From IMG/VR virus record IMGVR_UViG_3300019935_000002, positions 14,395-78,394 of that record: a DNA stretch of 64,000 nt, one strand, 5' to 3'. The DNA is from a virus. The notes under the pieces are model-generated. The model had not been told where the DNA came from and did no database searches. It saw only the letters and a list, made by a program, of their open reading frames with translations. Positions 9,003 through 18,816 of the stretch are shown piece after piece. Every line of letters begins with the position of its first letter. The stretch's first letter is position 1. The position numbers and the translations under genes were made by a program.

Positions 9003-10388
9003 CTATAGAGCACCGTGATTGAACGCAACGTTAAACTTGGCCCGGCTGGTGCCGACATAAATAAGGCGCCAGTAAAGGTCTGGGCTCAAAGTGCCACCCA
9101 GGTATGCCTGCATGTTTTTAGCGTCAACAAATACTGTGTGGTACGTGCTGCCCTGAGAGCGGTGGGCAGTGATTGCGTAGGGGTATTTAACTTGGTTAAA
9201 CTGCTCTTGAAACGGGTAGAACAGCTTAGACCATTGCGACCTGTCCGTATAGCAAATCTTCTTGATGTCATTCAGGGCCTTATCAAACGCCTGTCTCTCG
9301 CTCTCGTGGAGAATAGTCAGGACTTGCTGTCCAGATCCTCCTCGCTCATGAACGTAAAGCTGCCAACACTTCCACGCTCCTGTCTGGGCGACTTCATCGT
9401 GGATCTCGACGTTCTCCACAACCTCATCTACAACCACTTCCTCGTCGGTAGGAAAGATCGTGAACTTTTCCTCGTGGTCGATTACCGGGGAAGCAATAAT
9501 CAAAGTCTCGTTGCGGATGAATCGCTTAACGTCTTCACCGTGGATGAACTTCCTTGCCTGGTCATTTAGGAAGTCGACCCGAGCGTTGGTATAGGCAATA
9601 GCGCGACTGTGGTCAATATTGCCCGAATCCCAGCAAGCCTTTGCCTGAGCCTTGAAGTGACTCATCCAATCCCCTGGAGACAGGATGTACTGCCCGCCTA
9701 GCTTGGGGTCATTTGATGGGCTAAGCCACATCTCGCGGTAGTCCTTATTACGAATCTTCTGTCGGATCTCATGGACAGTCGCTTGGATTGGGCTGCCTGC
9801 ATCTGAGCGCTCAATCTTTAGAAGCTCCATGAAGTCCTGCACCAGCGCAGATACCGGAGAGTGGCTTTCCTTGACAGGTGGAATCTGGTCGTCGTCGCCT
9901 AAAAAGATCAGCTTTAGGTTGAACCTTAACGCTACGTTAGCCAGCTCTTCTGTCACTTTTCGAGGTAGCATGGAGTACTCGTCCACGACTACGATCCGGA
10001 ACTTGGAGGCAGCAGGTTCGTCTGATGCCCGTGTGACATGGCGTACCTCTCCACTGTCCATAAGGCGCATACCGAGTGCCTTATAAATCGTGGTCGTCTC
10101 GAACCTGACGCCTACGTTGTCAAGCATGACCCGAAGCTGACGGGTGGCCTTATTGGTTGGAGCTGTAATTAGGATAGGCGGCAGCGTTGAGGTTGGGTCC
10201 GTCAGGGCCGGGCCTGCGATAGATAGCATCGACAGTACCAGAGTGGTGGTCTTGCCCGAGCCTGGAGGACCGGACATTCGGATAGCCTGCAGGTCTCCTT
10301 CTTTAGGGGGCTGGCTGCAGAACTCCTGCAGTCTCTGCAGGGCGTTAGATTGCTCTGGGTTTAGTTGTTCGATAGTGGGTAGTTTCAT
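9003..10388 (-). CDS. Dda/RecD-like SF1B DNA helicase
   Basis: GPPGSGKT, TAPTNKA, VVDEYSM, GDDDQIPPV, YAITAHRSQGSTY, YVGTSRA. Confidence 0.92.
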   Translation of the reverse strand: MKLPTIEQLNPEQSNALQRLQEFCSQPPKEGDLQAIRMSGPPGSGKTTTLVLSMLSIAGPALTDPTSTLPPILITAPTNKATRQLRVMLDNVGVRFETTTIYKALGMRLMDSGEVRHVTRASDEPAASKFRIVVVDEYSMLPRKVTEELANVALRFNLKLIFLGDDDQIPPVKESHSPVSALVQDFMELLKIERSDAGSPIQATVHEIRQKIRNKDYREMWLSPSNDPKLGGQYILSPGDWMSHFKAQAKACWDSGNIDHSRAIAYTNARVDFLNDQARKFIHGEDVKRFIRNETLIIASPVIDHEEKFTIFPTDEEVVVDEVVENVEIHDEVAQTGAWKCWQLYVHERGGSGQQVLTILHESERQAFDKALNDIKKICYTDRSQWSKLFYPFQEQFNQVKYPYAITAHRSQGSTYHTVFVDAKNMQAYLGGTLSPDLYWRLIYVGTSRAKFNVAFNHGAL

Positions 10389-10400
10389 GTTGGGTCTTCT

Positions 10401-10826
10401 CTATTTAATCAGGTTTGCATATTCAAGCAGCCAGACCTTGGGTGCGATTAGAATCTGCAGCCAAACCAAGTTGAAAGTCTTGAGGAGTACGATAAGTAGT
10501 ACTACTGCAACTACTAGTACCACTAGCGAGCCTGCGTGCAGATCTCCCTCTGAGTCGTGGGTAAGGGTTTCCTTCCTTGTTTCTCCAGAGTCGGAGTCAG
10601 ACTCTATGACTTCCCCTTTCCCGCAATGCTGGCTGATCATTTTTGCCGCCACGACCGTAAAAGTCAGAGCTGCTGCAGCCTTTAAAGAGTAGTAAATTAG
10701 GTTCCAAGTCAGTAGCTGGTGCACATACTCAGGTAGCTGGGCGCTAAAGAAGCTGGTTGTAGCCTCCAAGCTCTGCACCGTCTTTTCTATAAGCTCTACG
10801 AGTTTGCTTTCGAGTTGCCCGTTCAT
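10401..10826 (-). CDS. hypothetical membrane protein
   Basis: Two hydrophobic segments, SD. Confidence 0.7.
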   Translation of the reverse strand: MNGQLESKLVELIEKTVQSLEATTSFFSAQLPEYVHQLLTWNLIYYSLKAAAALTFTVVAAKMISQHCGKGEVIESDSDSGETRKETLTHDSEGDLHAGSLVVLVVAVVLLIVLLKTFNLVWLQILIAPKVWLLEYANLIK

Positions 10827-10873
10827 TGCGGTTCCTTGGTTGCCCTCCCTAAGGAGGGCTGTATAGATAAAAA

Positions 10874-11488
10874 TCAGAAGCTTGTAACTTCACCAGTCGC
10901 TTTCTGCGTATCGCCTGCCATAGCCTTGCACAATCGCTGAACCAGGATGGCGTCATAGCGGGCACGGTGAGCCCCTCCAGTCTGGTCAACCATTACCACG
11001 CCTTCCTGCTCAGCGGCTACGACCAGCTTGATGGATTTGTAAGAGCCGCGAGCCGTCCGTGCACCGTTGAATACCGAATAAGGCTTCATCGCGCAGGTGG
11101 TCTGCTCGTCGATCATCGTGTCGAACTCGACGCCGCCCTTGCCAAACGGAGCTGCCGTCTGCTTGATGATGCGGCTGTCGAAGCTGCGGTTGTAGAAGAC
11201 CACGGTCTTGCCTTTAATAGCTTCCATGAACTGGTCGTGAATATCCGCCCAAGTAGGCGCATCTTTCAGATCATCTTCGGTGATCCCATGTACTTCTTGG
11301 GCACGCGGGTTGATGGGCACGGTTGGCTTCAGCAGAGTATCCAGCACCGTGTTGCCTTCATGGTCGACCAGAGTGATTTCGATGGCTTGGTCGGATTTCG
11401 CTACACCTGTGGTTTCGGTGTCACCGAACAGGTAGCCTTCAGAGGCGAAATTCGCCAGGGTTTGTTTTGCTTTAATTTTGTCGTTCAC
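10874..11488 (-). CDS. DEDDh 3'-5' exonuclease (DnaQ-like)
   Basis: DTETTG, YNRSFD, AHRARYD. Confidence 0.92.
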   Translation of the reverse strand: MNDKIKAKQTLANFASEGYLFGDTETTGVAKSDQAIEITLVDHEGNTVLDTLLKPTVPINPRAQEVHGITEDDLKDAPTWADIHDQFMEAIKGKTVVFYNRSFDSRIIKQTAAPFGKGGVEFDTMIDEQTTCAMKPYSVFNGARTARGSYKSIKLVVAAEQEGVVMVDQTGGAHRARYDAILVQRLCKAMAGDTQKATGEVTSF

Positions 11489-11686
11489 TTAGTTTTCTCC
11501 GTCTTTATCATTAGCGTTCAATGCCAGCCACATGGCGACTAGCTCTGACTCTTCTACTTCGGGATGGGCATACATCACCTCTTCGAGCGCTGGCAGCAGA
11601 CTGTCGTGCATTTTATAGGCGTCCGCCATGGCATAGGCGGCTTTTACTGCCGGATGCTCGGCAGATAGTTCGCTGATTTCAATCAT
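11489..11686 (-). CDS. hypothetical protein
   Basis: ORF with AAGGAG SD. Confidence 0.7.
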   Translation of the reverse strand: MIEISELSAEHPAVKAAYAMADAYKMHDSLLPALEEVMYAHPEVEESELVAMWLALNANDKDGEN

Positions 11687-11704
11687 CGCTGTTCTCCTTC
11701 GGGT

Positions 11705-11947
11705 TCACCACTTGCTCCCTGATGTCAAAACCGACACCAGTTCGGCATTACTCAAATCATTCAGCCAATCCTCCACGTCAGGAAGCTCAGCGCTGTGGCC
11801 ATTCTTGGCTGCGGCCTTTTGCTTGAAGCCGCAATCCTGCTCGTAGGCTTCTGACACGTTGTCCTGAAGCAGAGCCTCGACCGCATCTTTGGTTAGCCTT
11901 GCCTTGCCGTCTTGGTCTATATCCAAGCTGTAGTATTCAGGTTTCAT
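11705..11947 (-). CDS. hypothetical protein
   Basis: ORF with SD, packed in operon. Confidence 0.7.
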   Translation of the reverse strand: MKPEYYSLDIDQDGKARLTKDAVEALLQDNVSEAYEQDCGFKQKAAAKNGHSAELPDVEDWLNDLSNAELVSVLTSGSKW

Positions 11948-12185
11948 TGATCTCTCCTTTAATCTCAGCCTCTTTTTCCACTTTAGGCAGGTTTAGCTGG
12001 GCATAGTGGGTGGGGAAGACGAAGTCTTTGCCTACCTTGTAACCTACGCCTCCTTCAGGAGTGAAAGTGAACTGAGCCGCTACAGGTCTGGTGCAGACAC
12101 CGGTTGTCTTGTCCAACGAAATGACCAGAACATACTCACCTATCTTAACCGGGTCATCATCTTGGATGTCTTCCCATTCGATCAT
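11937..12185 (-). CDS. hypothetical protein
   Basis: ORF packed in operon. Confidence 0.7.
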   Translation of the reverse strand: MIEWEDIQDDDPVKIGEYVLVISLDKTTGVCTRPVAAQFTFTPEGGVGYKVGKDFVFPTHYAQLNLPKVEKEAEIKGEINET

Positions 12186-12194
12186 TCTGTCCCC

Positions 12195-12665
12195 CTAACG
12201 TCGGTGGTCACAGCGAGAATCGTCAGAAGACCCAAACCCGCCTTCGCCTCGATCTGTCACTGAGTCAAACTGGTCGACTTCCAGCAGCTGAACCTGCTCG
12301 ATTCGCTTGAACACGAGCTGGGCCACTGCCTTGTTCACGTCTACCGGCATGCGCTCATCCGTGCGGTTCCACAGGCTGACCTTCAGCTCTCCTTGGTAGT
12401 CCTGATCAATCAGACCTACCAGATTGCCGATAACCAGGCCCTTGCTGCCAGTACCTGACCGGGGCAGGATCTCAGCAGCAATATTGACGTCGTTAATGTG
12501 GATACTGATGCCCAAACCAACCAGCTTCGATTCGTTAGGGTACAGAACCACCTTCTCCGTCTGAGGTAGGTACAGGTCATGCGCTGCTGATCCCGGGTAG
12601 CCCTTGGATAGCTGGTCAGGGTGGTGGGCGACTTGTGGGTCGCGGATTAGCTCAACTGTTTTCAT
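12195..12665 (-). CDS. dut: dUTPase
   Basis: GSAAHDL, PRSG, GLIDQDYQGE, AQLV, RGEGGFGSS motifs. Confidence 0.95.
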   Translation of the reverse strand: MKTVELIRDPQVAHHPDQLSKGYPGSAAHDLYLPQTEKVVLYPNESKLVGLGISIHINDVNIAAEILPRSGTGSKGLVIGNLVGLIDQDYQGELKVSLWNRTDERMPVDVNKAVAQLVFKRIEQVQLLEVDQFDSVTDRGEGGFGSSDDSRCDHRR

Positions 12666-13021
12666 GCTTTTCTCCGATTTGCTCGCTTGTACGTTATAAC
12701 ACCAGCAACAGGGCCTAGGTCAGAGATGGACACTTCTTTCAGGTAGTCCATCGAATTGTGTCTGACATTACCTTGCAGCATCCTTCTTACCGCAGAGAAC
12801 TCCGCACCTCTTAGCTTGGCAAAGTCTAACTTGCTGGCAGCTTCCGGATTGTCCCTTATCCTTGAAAAAACTTGGTAGGCGTCCTGCCCTAGAAGCAGCC
12901 AGAACTGATCAGGGCTGCACTCCATCGCAATGCTTAGAGGAACCTCTTGCTTCTTGAACCTCCCGTCCTTCTGCCTTACCAAGGTGGCCCTAATTTCATA
13001 CCTGTTTATCTGGTCGGACAT
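12662..13021 (-). CDS. hypothetical protein
   Basis: ORF overlapping dut start. Confidence 0.7.
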   Translation of the reverse strand: MSDQINRYEIRATLVRQKDGRFKKQEVPLSIAMECSPDQFWLLLGQDAYQVFSRIRDNPEAASKLDFAKLRGAEFSAVRRMLQGNVRHNSMDYLKEVSISDLGPVAGVITYKRANRRKA

Positions 13022-13023
13022 GG

Positions 13024-13425
13024 CTACATCACATAGCCGGTGTCATTGGCGCGCTTCATAGCCTCTTCGCGGCCAAAGCTTTCCCAGTCTGCGCCGGCAA
13101 ACAGATCGTCAGGGTCATCGTAGATGCCGAACACCTGCTCTTCCTTCATGACGCCCAGCTTCTCACCTTGGTGCCAAACAGAATAGGACGTAGCTACCGG
13201 AGAGATGCTGACCAAGTTGCCCGGCACTACCAGCTTACAGTCACCTCCTACCGCGAGCACCAAGGCGACATTCAAATCCGCCTTATCAGGGTTGGTATCG
13301 GTAACAATGCCGCCTGCCGACACCTTCTCCAGCTGGGGTAGGATACGAACACAGATATGGGTTTGGGTCGGTACCAGAGGGAGTTCGCGGATGGCTTCAA
13401 ATTTTTTGCTGTAGTCTTGAGACAT
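13024..13425 (-). CDS. groES: GroES/Cpn10-like co-chaperonin
   Basis: LVPTQTHICVR, EKVSAGGIV mobile loop, VLAVG, MKEEQVFGI. Confidence 0.8.
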   Translation of the reverse strand: MSQDYSKKFEAIRELPLVPTQTHICVRILPQLEKVSAGGIVTDTNPDKADLNVALVLAVGGDCKLVVPGNLVSISPVATSYSVWHQGEKLGVMKEEQVFGIYDDPDDLFAGADWESFGREEAMKRANDTGYVM

Positions 13426-13463
13426 GTTGTGCTCCTAGATTGGTTATGGGTTAATTCCCAATT

Positions 13464-13493
13464 AATATACGAACAGAAGGGTCAGCCTGTCAA
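13464..13493 (-). promoter_or_regulatory. sigma70-type promoter inside 15-bp inverted repeat
   Basis: TTGACA-18-TATATT; arms 13474-13488 and 13512-13526. Confidence 0.7.
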
Positions 13494-13549
13494 CAACTTC
13501 TGTTGCTGCGTAGGCTGACCCTTCTGCGGTTAGTGATGCAGTTATGCGG

Positions 13550-13792
13550 CTACCATACCTTCAGCGTCCTCTTACCTTTGTTGCTCATGACCTGCTCATA
13601 TTCCTGAGCACATTGCCCGCCCGGGCAAAAAATTGCGTCAGGGTTCTCCAGGTCGTCGTCGCAGACTGGGTTGTGGCAACGCCCTTTCGGCACCAACTTC
13701 GGCTTAGCTGCCTGCTCCGCTTTAGCCTTGGCGATTGCGTTATCCCGGATGACCTGCTCATTCTCGGACGCGATATCTACATTTGTATCCAC
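13550..13792 (-). CDS. TraR/DksA-like C4 zinc-finger protein
   Basis: DxxDIASE N-terminal helix followed by four Cys (CHNPVC...FCPGGQC). Confidence 0.6.
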   Translation of the reverse strand: MDTNVDIASENEQVIRDNAIAKAKAEQAAKPKLVPKGRCHNPVCDDDLENPDAIFCPGGQCAQEYEQVMSNKGKRTLKVW

Positions 13793-15108
13793 TACTGTTC
13801 TCCGTCGGTTAGATAAAAATCTTTTACTTTCTGCTCAAACTCCTGCCACACCCCGTGCTGCAGGCTCTTAGATCGTCCCATCTTGCCCTTCCATGATGCC
13901 CATTCCAGTCTGTCCACCACTTCAGAGACGAATGACTCAGGGTAACTTCTCTGGTACGCATAGGAGGCTACTTTAGCGAATACTTGGCTGGTGGTGACGC
14001 TGAAATAGAAGCGGTAGATTTTCCGGGCAGGGGTCCGCTCTACTCTGGATTGGATAAAGTCCGGGTGGCACTTCCATACGTCTGCCTGGTGCCGCTGGAC
14101 GCCTTTGGCCAGTACGCCTCGGTTAAACGCCTTGTAAGGGTGCTCAGTTCCGTAAGCGTCTGCCGCCTCGAAATAGGCCTTCAAGAGGGTGCAGGGGGTA
14201 ATATCCATGGCCTGCATGTTACCTGGCTCAGCAACCTTAGCAACGATCTCTTCCGCCACCGCATCTACGAACCGCTCAGCAAAGTCTAGCTTGAGTCGGA
14301 ACTCAGTGAGATCCGGCAGGTCGTGACCCTGCACCTCTAAGTGAGTTGTCAGCTTGTCAAAGGATTTCAGGTTAGCCAGAACGGATGCTGACATTACCTG
14401 TAGGTACAGGGCTTCGTCCAGCATTTCCGCCTTGCCTTTTAGGATAGACGGGACCATAAGCATGAGAGCCAAGTACTCCCCGATGGCTGGTAGCACCAAG
14501 TCCTCCAGTGCCTCTACCGTAGGAGTAACCGGGATGGTGTGGGTTTCCCATGCCGGGATGTCGTAGGAGGACACAGGGACTATCCAGTCTACTTGGATTC
14601 CCAGATGATTTCTTAAGCTAAGTTGGCGGCGGCAGTGACCTAAGAAGATGCCAATAGAGTTCGGCATGTTGCCTCCCAGTCCGTAACCCGCACCGTCGAT
14701 GCTGTCAACTGGGAAGCTGGAAGGGCTATACAGCGTCTGCAGCCCGTGAGTACGGTAGGCGGTAAGACGAAGCTTAAGTTCGCTCCAGACCTTTTCCTGA
14801 AACACTTCGTGCCCCTCGAATGCCACCAGAGACGACAGGTATCCCAGCCCTGAGCCGGGCAGATGCTGCTGCCATACAGTAGGGTCTGCCTGTTCCTCCT
14901 CAAGGAGATCATTGCCGAGTAGCACGAAGGGCTGCATTAAGGCGCCTAAATAGTTCGGCTTCTTGCAAAACCCTGATACGTTTACTGTGCCTAGCAGTAG
15001 GTTAGCGATGTGAAAGTTTCGGCTCAGCATGACGTTGGCCCATGCAGGAGATGCCTCCTGAGGAAGATCTTTGCTGGGCTTTACTTTGTGGTGCTTAGGA
15101 TTGTACAT
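13792..15108 (-). CDS. hypothetical protein
   Basis: 438-aa ORF with AGGAG SD. Confidence 0.8.
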   Translation of the reverse strand: MYNPKHHKVKPSKDLPQEASPAWANVMLSRNFHIANLLLGTVNVSGFCKKPNYLGALMQPFVLLGNDLLEEEQADPTVWQQHLPGSGLGYLSSLVAFEGHEVFQEKVWSELKLRLTAYRTHGLQTLYSPSSFPVDSIDGAGYGLGGNMPNSIGIFLGHCRRQLSLRNHLGIQVDWIVPVSSYDIPAWETHTIPVTPTVEALEDLVLPAIGEYLALMLMVPSILKGKAEMLDEALYLQVMSASVLANLKSFDKLTTHLEVQGHDLPDLTEFRLKLDFAERFVDAVAEEIVAKVAEPGNMQAMDITPCTLLKAYFEAADAYGTEHPYKAFNRGVLAKGVQRHQADVWKCHPDFIQSRVERTPARKIYRFYFSVTTSQVFAKVASYAYQRSYPESFVSEVVDRLEWASWKGKMGRSKSLQHGVWQEFEQKVKDFYLTDGEQ

Positions 15109-15116
15109 AATCTCTC

Positions 15117-15404
15117 CTACTTGAATTTATGGATGTGCATGTCACGGGGGTTTTTTAGGAAGGTTGTAACAATCTTCTTGCCTTCGTTTATCATAACAGC
15201 TGCCACTGCGCCTCCCTTCGATACATATATCTTTCCACCGTTACCTACCTTATTCGAGACCGGGGTACACTTACCCGGCAAGGTCTTTGCCAGCTGCTTC
15301 ATTAGGCGCTTGCTGGCAGGCTTGAAGGTCTTTTCCTCCTTCACTAGGTTCAGATGTGGGTAACGCTCGGCAAAGCGCTTCAGGGCGTGTTTAGTATAAA
15401 TCAT
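15117..15404 (-). CDS. hypothetical basic protein
   Basis: ORF with SD; TKHALKRFAER...IVTT pattern reminiscent of DUF4258/RelE-like folds. Confidence 0.7.
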   Translation of the reverse strand: MIYTKHALKRFAERYPHLNLVKEEKTFKPASKRLMKQLAKTLPGKCTPVSNKVGNGGKIYVSKGGAVAAVMINEGKKIVTTFLKNPRDMHIHKFK

Positions 15405-15416
15405 GGCATCTCCTAG

Positions 15417-15653
15417 TTAGGTAAGCAGGGCTGCTGCCACCGTCAGTGCGAGGTTAGAAAGAGCGGCCAGCATAAAGAATGCGGCGATGAAATTGGTCAC
15501 TGGATTTTGGAAGGCCGAGTTATCCCCTGTCAATCTAAAGTCCAGGTAGCTGATGGGCATCAAGGTAAGGTAAAAGGCCATCAAAGGGTGGTAGGCCGGA
15601 GTCAGGCCCGCCAAGATTGCCAAAAAGCATAACAGTGCTGCTGTTAGGAACAT
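15417..15653 (-). CDS. hypothetical membrane protein
   Basis: Hydrophobic ORF with AAGGAG SD. Confidence 0.7.
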   Translation of the reverse strand: MFLTAALLCFLAILAGLTPAYHPLMAFYLTLMPISYLDFRLTGDNSAFQNPVTNFIAAFFMLAALSNLALTVAAALLT

Positions 15654-15663
15654 TAGGTTCTCC

Positions 15664-15927
15664 TTAGTTAATTTCTTGTTGCTGGCGCATTTTATCGCAA
15701 AGGCTCTCGGACATCTCTACTGCTGAGTCGGGATGCTCAACGCTCCACTTTGCAATAGCCTCTAAACCTATGCGGGCTCTATAATGCCCCTCTTTAGGGT
15801 CGCCTTGGTACTCGTAGGCCAGGTCGATGAATCTCTGCCCGATGCTATGGAACGGCTCGGGCAGAGAGTTAAGAATGCCTGCGCTGTCCTGCTTCAGCTG
15901 TTCCAGATATTCAGCCTCAAAACTCAT
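15664..15927 (-). CDS. hypothetical protein
   Basis: Start refined to MSFEAE. Confidence 0.65.
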   Translation of the reverse strand: MSFEAEYLEQLKQDSAGILNSLPEPFHSIGQRFIDLAYEYQGDPKEGHYRARIGLEAIAKWSVEHPDSAVEMSESLCDKMRQQQEIN

Positions 15928-16648
15928 AACGCTTAAGCCTGTTTCGGATGTCTTTCTTGTAGGCAAACGGATGCTGCTCGCAGGCTGATCCAGTTATTTC
16001 CTGCTTGATCAGAGCCAGACGGACAAAGGTTCTGCGGGGTTTGCCTGGCCAAAGCCAGCCGTCGCTTAGGCTAAGACTGGCGCGGTGCACAGATGTCCCG
16101 GTATAGTAATCCCAATGCCCTACGCTGCCTTGGCAAAACTCCTTGCCGTCGCCCTTTCCAGAGTACCAAAGATCTTCCAAATACCAATTCACGTTATGAA
16201 CTCTGGGGTCTAAGTCTTCCGGATAGTCAAACCGTCCTACCCAGAACTCTGTCGGCTCCCGGTTGCACCACGTAAACATAAGGTCTACGTCCTGCGGATG
16301 GTTGACTGAATAGCCATCCCGGTGCCACTGCGATGCGCTTTCACTGTAGATGTCGCCGTGCCTAACCGTCAGGTACAGGTGGTGCTCATCCCATGCGTGA
16401 CCTATGCCTATCGATTTAAGGTAAGCTTTAAGATACTTCAGATGAGGAGCCAGCCACCGACATCGGTGCGGTAGCTTTATGTAGTTCCTACCCTTGAAGA
16501 GGTTGCTATCTGAATCCTTCGGCCATTTTATCAGCAGGCTTTGTATGTACTGGTGGTCGTAAGGTATGTGAACCTTTGGGATCGCCAGTCCTCTCAGGGA
16601 CACCGGAGGGTGGGAGATGTGGCTGTCCACTTTACTAGGCTGGGGCAT
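15917..16648 (-). CDS. putative 2OG-Fe(II) oxygenase-like protein
   Basis: WHRDG (HxD), distal VHR and RTFVR motifs. Confidence 0.55.
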   Translation of the reverse strand: MPQPSKVDSHISHPPVSLRGLAIPKVHIPYDHQYIQSLLIKWPKDSDSNLFKGRNYIKLPHRCRWLAPHLKYLKAYLKSIGIGHAWDEHHLYLTVRHGDIYSESASQWHRDGYSVNHPQDVDLMFTWCNREPTEFWVGRFDYPEDLDPRVHNVNWYLEDLWYSGKGDGKEFCQGSVGHWDYYTGTSVHRASLSLSDGWLWPGKPRRTFVRLALIKQEITGSACEQHPFAYKKDIRNRLKRYEF

Positions 16649-16649
16649 A

Positions 16650-17072
16650 TCATACTCCTTTGAACTGGACGAATGGATATCTTTCTCGTAGTTGCGCCTC
16701 CACGTCCTCGCGTGACCCTCTCAGGTAGTCGATGAACAGAGTACGGTCAGAGCTAACAGAGATGACTTCCTCGTCCTTAACCCCGTAGCCCATGGCTTTC
16801 AGCTCGCTGGTAACGAGGACGGCGTGTGCCACATAAAGCGGCCCGCCGTCCATGCTGTTACCCCAGTAAGCTCCTCCACGATCATAGCCTTTTTTGTTCA
16901 GCTGGACCTCCCGCAGATTCGCTCGCCACACACAAGCTTTTAGGGCCATATCGAGAGGGCCTGTAAGCCTCACCTTCCTGCCGGAAGGGACGCCATGAAG
17001 CTCCGGGGTGTTGCAGATCAACTTGTCGAAGGGGAGGGCTTTATCAGTGGTGAGGGTTTTGATTGTTTTCAT
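16650..17072 (-). CDS. phage hypothetical protein
   Basis: ORF; LNxxGYDxGGAYWG motif. Confidence 0.75.
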   Translation of the reverse strand: MKTIKTLTTDKALPFDKLICNTPELHGVPSGRKVRLTGPLDMALKACVWRANLREVQLNKKGYDRGGAYWGNSMDGGPLYVAHAVLVTSELKAMGYGVKDEEVISVSSDRTLFIDYLRGSREDVEAQLRERYPFVQFKGV

Positions 17073-17073
17073 C

Positions 17074-17334
17074 TCAGCCTCCGAACTCAGACATGTAATC
17101 CTCGACCATAACTGCGCCCTCGGGCAAGTCTTGAACCAAGCGGCCGCTGGCGATTGACTCTTCAGCCAGCTCTCGACTGACGTTAAAATGCTCTCCGTCT
17201 ACCGTAAATCCGTGGGTGTACAGGATATCCGCCAGTTGCTGCTTGTCTTTCCTACTCAGGCTACGTGCCTGGGTCGGGATGGCTACTTGAGTTGGCCCAG
17301 GGATCAGCAGGTAACGTGTCTTGCTTGATTTCAT
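17074..17334 (-). CDS. hypothetical protein
   Basis: ORF with GGAGG SD. Confidence 0.7.
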   Translation of the reverse strand: MKSSKTRYLLIPGPTQVAIPTQARSLSRKDKQQLADILYTHGFTVDGEHFNVSRELAEESIASGRLVQDLPEGAVMVEDYMSEFGG

Positions 17335-17657
17335 TTTGCCTCCAGAATTGCTTCAGTTAGTTTAGTTACACAGTCAGGGCAGGTGTTGACTTGGTTGCTT
17401 AGATCGGTGTCCACCTTGACTATTACATCATTCTCAGCTTTTCCGCACAGCGAACACGACAGCAGCCCTGCTCGCTCTCCTTGTGTGTGATTTGCCCACC
17501 CGCTGAAAGTGAAGGTCTCATATTTCAGATAATCGAGAAGGTAGCCCGCCTCCCTGCACTCTCTACAGTTGCACGGCTGGTCCTCGCATAACCAGGCAGA
17601 TAGGCGGGCGATCTCGGCTTCTATCTGCCCTCCGACATCTAGTACGGTTACCTTCAT
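17331..17657 (-). CDS. hypothetical Cys-rich (CxxC) protein
   Basis: ORF, ATGA overlaps. Confidence 0.7.
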   Translation of the reverse strand: MKVTVLDVGGQIEAEIARLSAWLCEDQPCNCRECREAGYLLDYLKYETFTFSGWANHTQGERAGLLSCSLCGKAENDVIVKVDTDLSNQVNTCPDCVTKLTEAILEAK

Positions 17658-18121
17658 TTTCTCTCCAGAATGGCTTCAGTTAGTTGTTTGGTTATCTCCC
17701 GCTCCAGTTCCAGCGTTCCTCTGTTGACTTCTGTTAGAGGGACGGACACTGAGTCATGCAGGGCCTCGGCAAGGGAGAGTTGGCCCTCGGTTAGCTTTGC
17801 TTTGGGACCGTCCCCAAATTTTTCCCGTATACGTCGGACATCGGAGACATACGTCGGAGGGTGAAACAACTCCTCTATTTCGTCCGGTGCCAGGGTCAGC
17901 TCGGTTCCTGCATCAGTCAATGCCTCAAACTGGTACAGGGCCGTGCTGCCGGCCGGAACACTCTCGCGGACGATATGGGCATTTCCGCAGCGGCGGCCAT
18001 CTTTCGTAGGTAGTTGGGCGCCTACCTCCAATCCCTCTGCGACCCCCTCAGCCCATTCAGGTGGTGGCATTAGATGCCACCACTTCTCGTCCATAGGGTC
18101 TATCTCGCTAAATGGAATCAT
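17654..18121 (-). CDS. hypothetical protein
   Basis: ORF, ATGA overlaps. Confidence 0.75.
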   Translation of the reverse strand: MIPFSEIDPMDEKWWHLMPPPEWAEGVAEGLEVGAQLPTKDGRRCGNAHIVRESVPAGSTALYQFEALTDAGTELTLAPDEIEELFHPPTYVSDVRRIREKFGDGPKAKLTEGQLSLAEALHDSVSVPLTEVNRGTLELEREITKQLTEAILERK

Positions 18122-18816
18122 TCGCTCACCTTTACCTTCGCTCGCCGGCCTCGCTTACCGTTAGAAGACTCACGCATCTTTGCCATTTCGGCCATTAGCT
18201 CAGCAGGAGGTACCGCTAATTTGACGCCTGTACCTTTCACTGAAATCGGCACGTATTTCTCAAGGTCTGGGTAGGTCTCAATTAGTCGTTTGACCGTGGT
18301 CACAGACTCCAGGCAGCTGGACAGCTTCGACTTCATTTTGCTTTCGTCTCCTCTCAGTTTGCTGCGTTTCAGGAAGAAGTCGTCGAGCTGTTGGCTTTGC
18401 TTAGGGGTGACGTACTTTTCCCTAATGTCCGTCCCATACTGGGAGATAACCGGCATACTGACCGTGGTAGGTTTGCCAGACATTGCTCCTCTGACAAATT
18501 CGCCCTCGCTGTTGAGGTAGTTGTTAAGACGGTCCTCGCTATGCCACTTTCCGAAGCATGACGCGACGCAGTAGGTGTATTCGACCCTGAGGGCGAAAAC
18601 CTCCTGCCCCAGCTCTTTATTGCACTGCTCGATCTTTTCCCGCAGTTCGCGGCGTAGTCGTTCCGCCTTGTCCTGATCTTGAACCGCCCGAGCCTTAACA
18701 ATCTGCTGGACTAGCAGGCTCTCCTCTCGAAGCAGCTCTTCGCGTCGCGTCTTGAAGATATCGTCCATCGCGTTGGTTACGATGGTTTCTTTGGCAGATT
18801 TAGTAAGTCTTGTCAT
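18118..18816 (-). CDS. Nmad5-like (nucleotide modification associated domain 5) protein
   Basis: N-terminal RLTKSAKETIV and C-terminal LESVTTVKRLIETYPDL match the family pattern as recalled. Confidence 0.65.
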   Translation of the reverse strand: MTRLTKSAKETIVTNAMDDIFKTRREELLREESLLVQQIVKARAVQDQDKAERLRRELREKIEQCNKELGQEVFALRVEYTYCVASCFGKWHSEDRLNNYLNSEGEFVRGAMSGKPTTVSMPVISQYGTDIREKYVTPKQSQQLDDFFLKRSKLRGDESKMKSKLSSCLESVTTVKRLIETYPDLEKYVPISVKGTGVKLAVPPAELMAEMAKMRESSNGKRGRRAKVKVSE

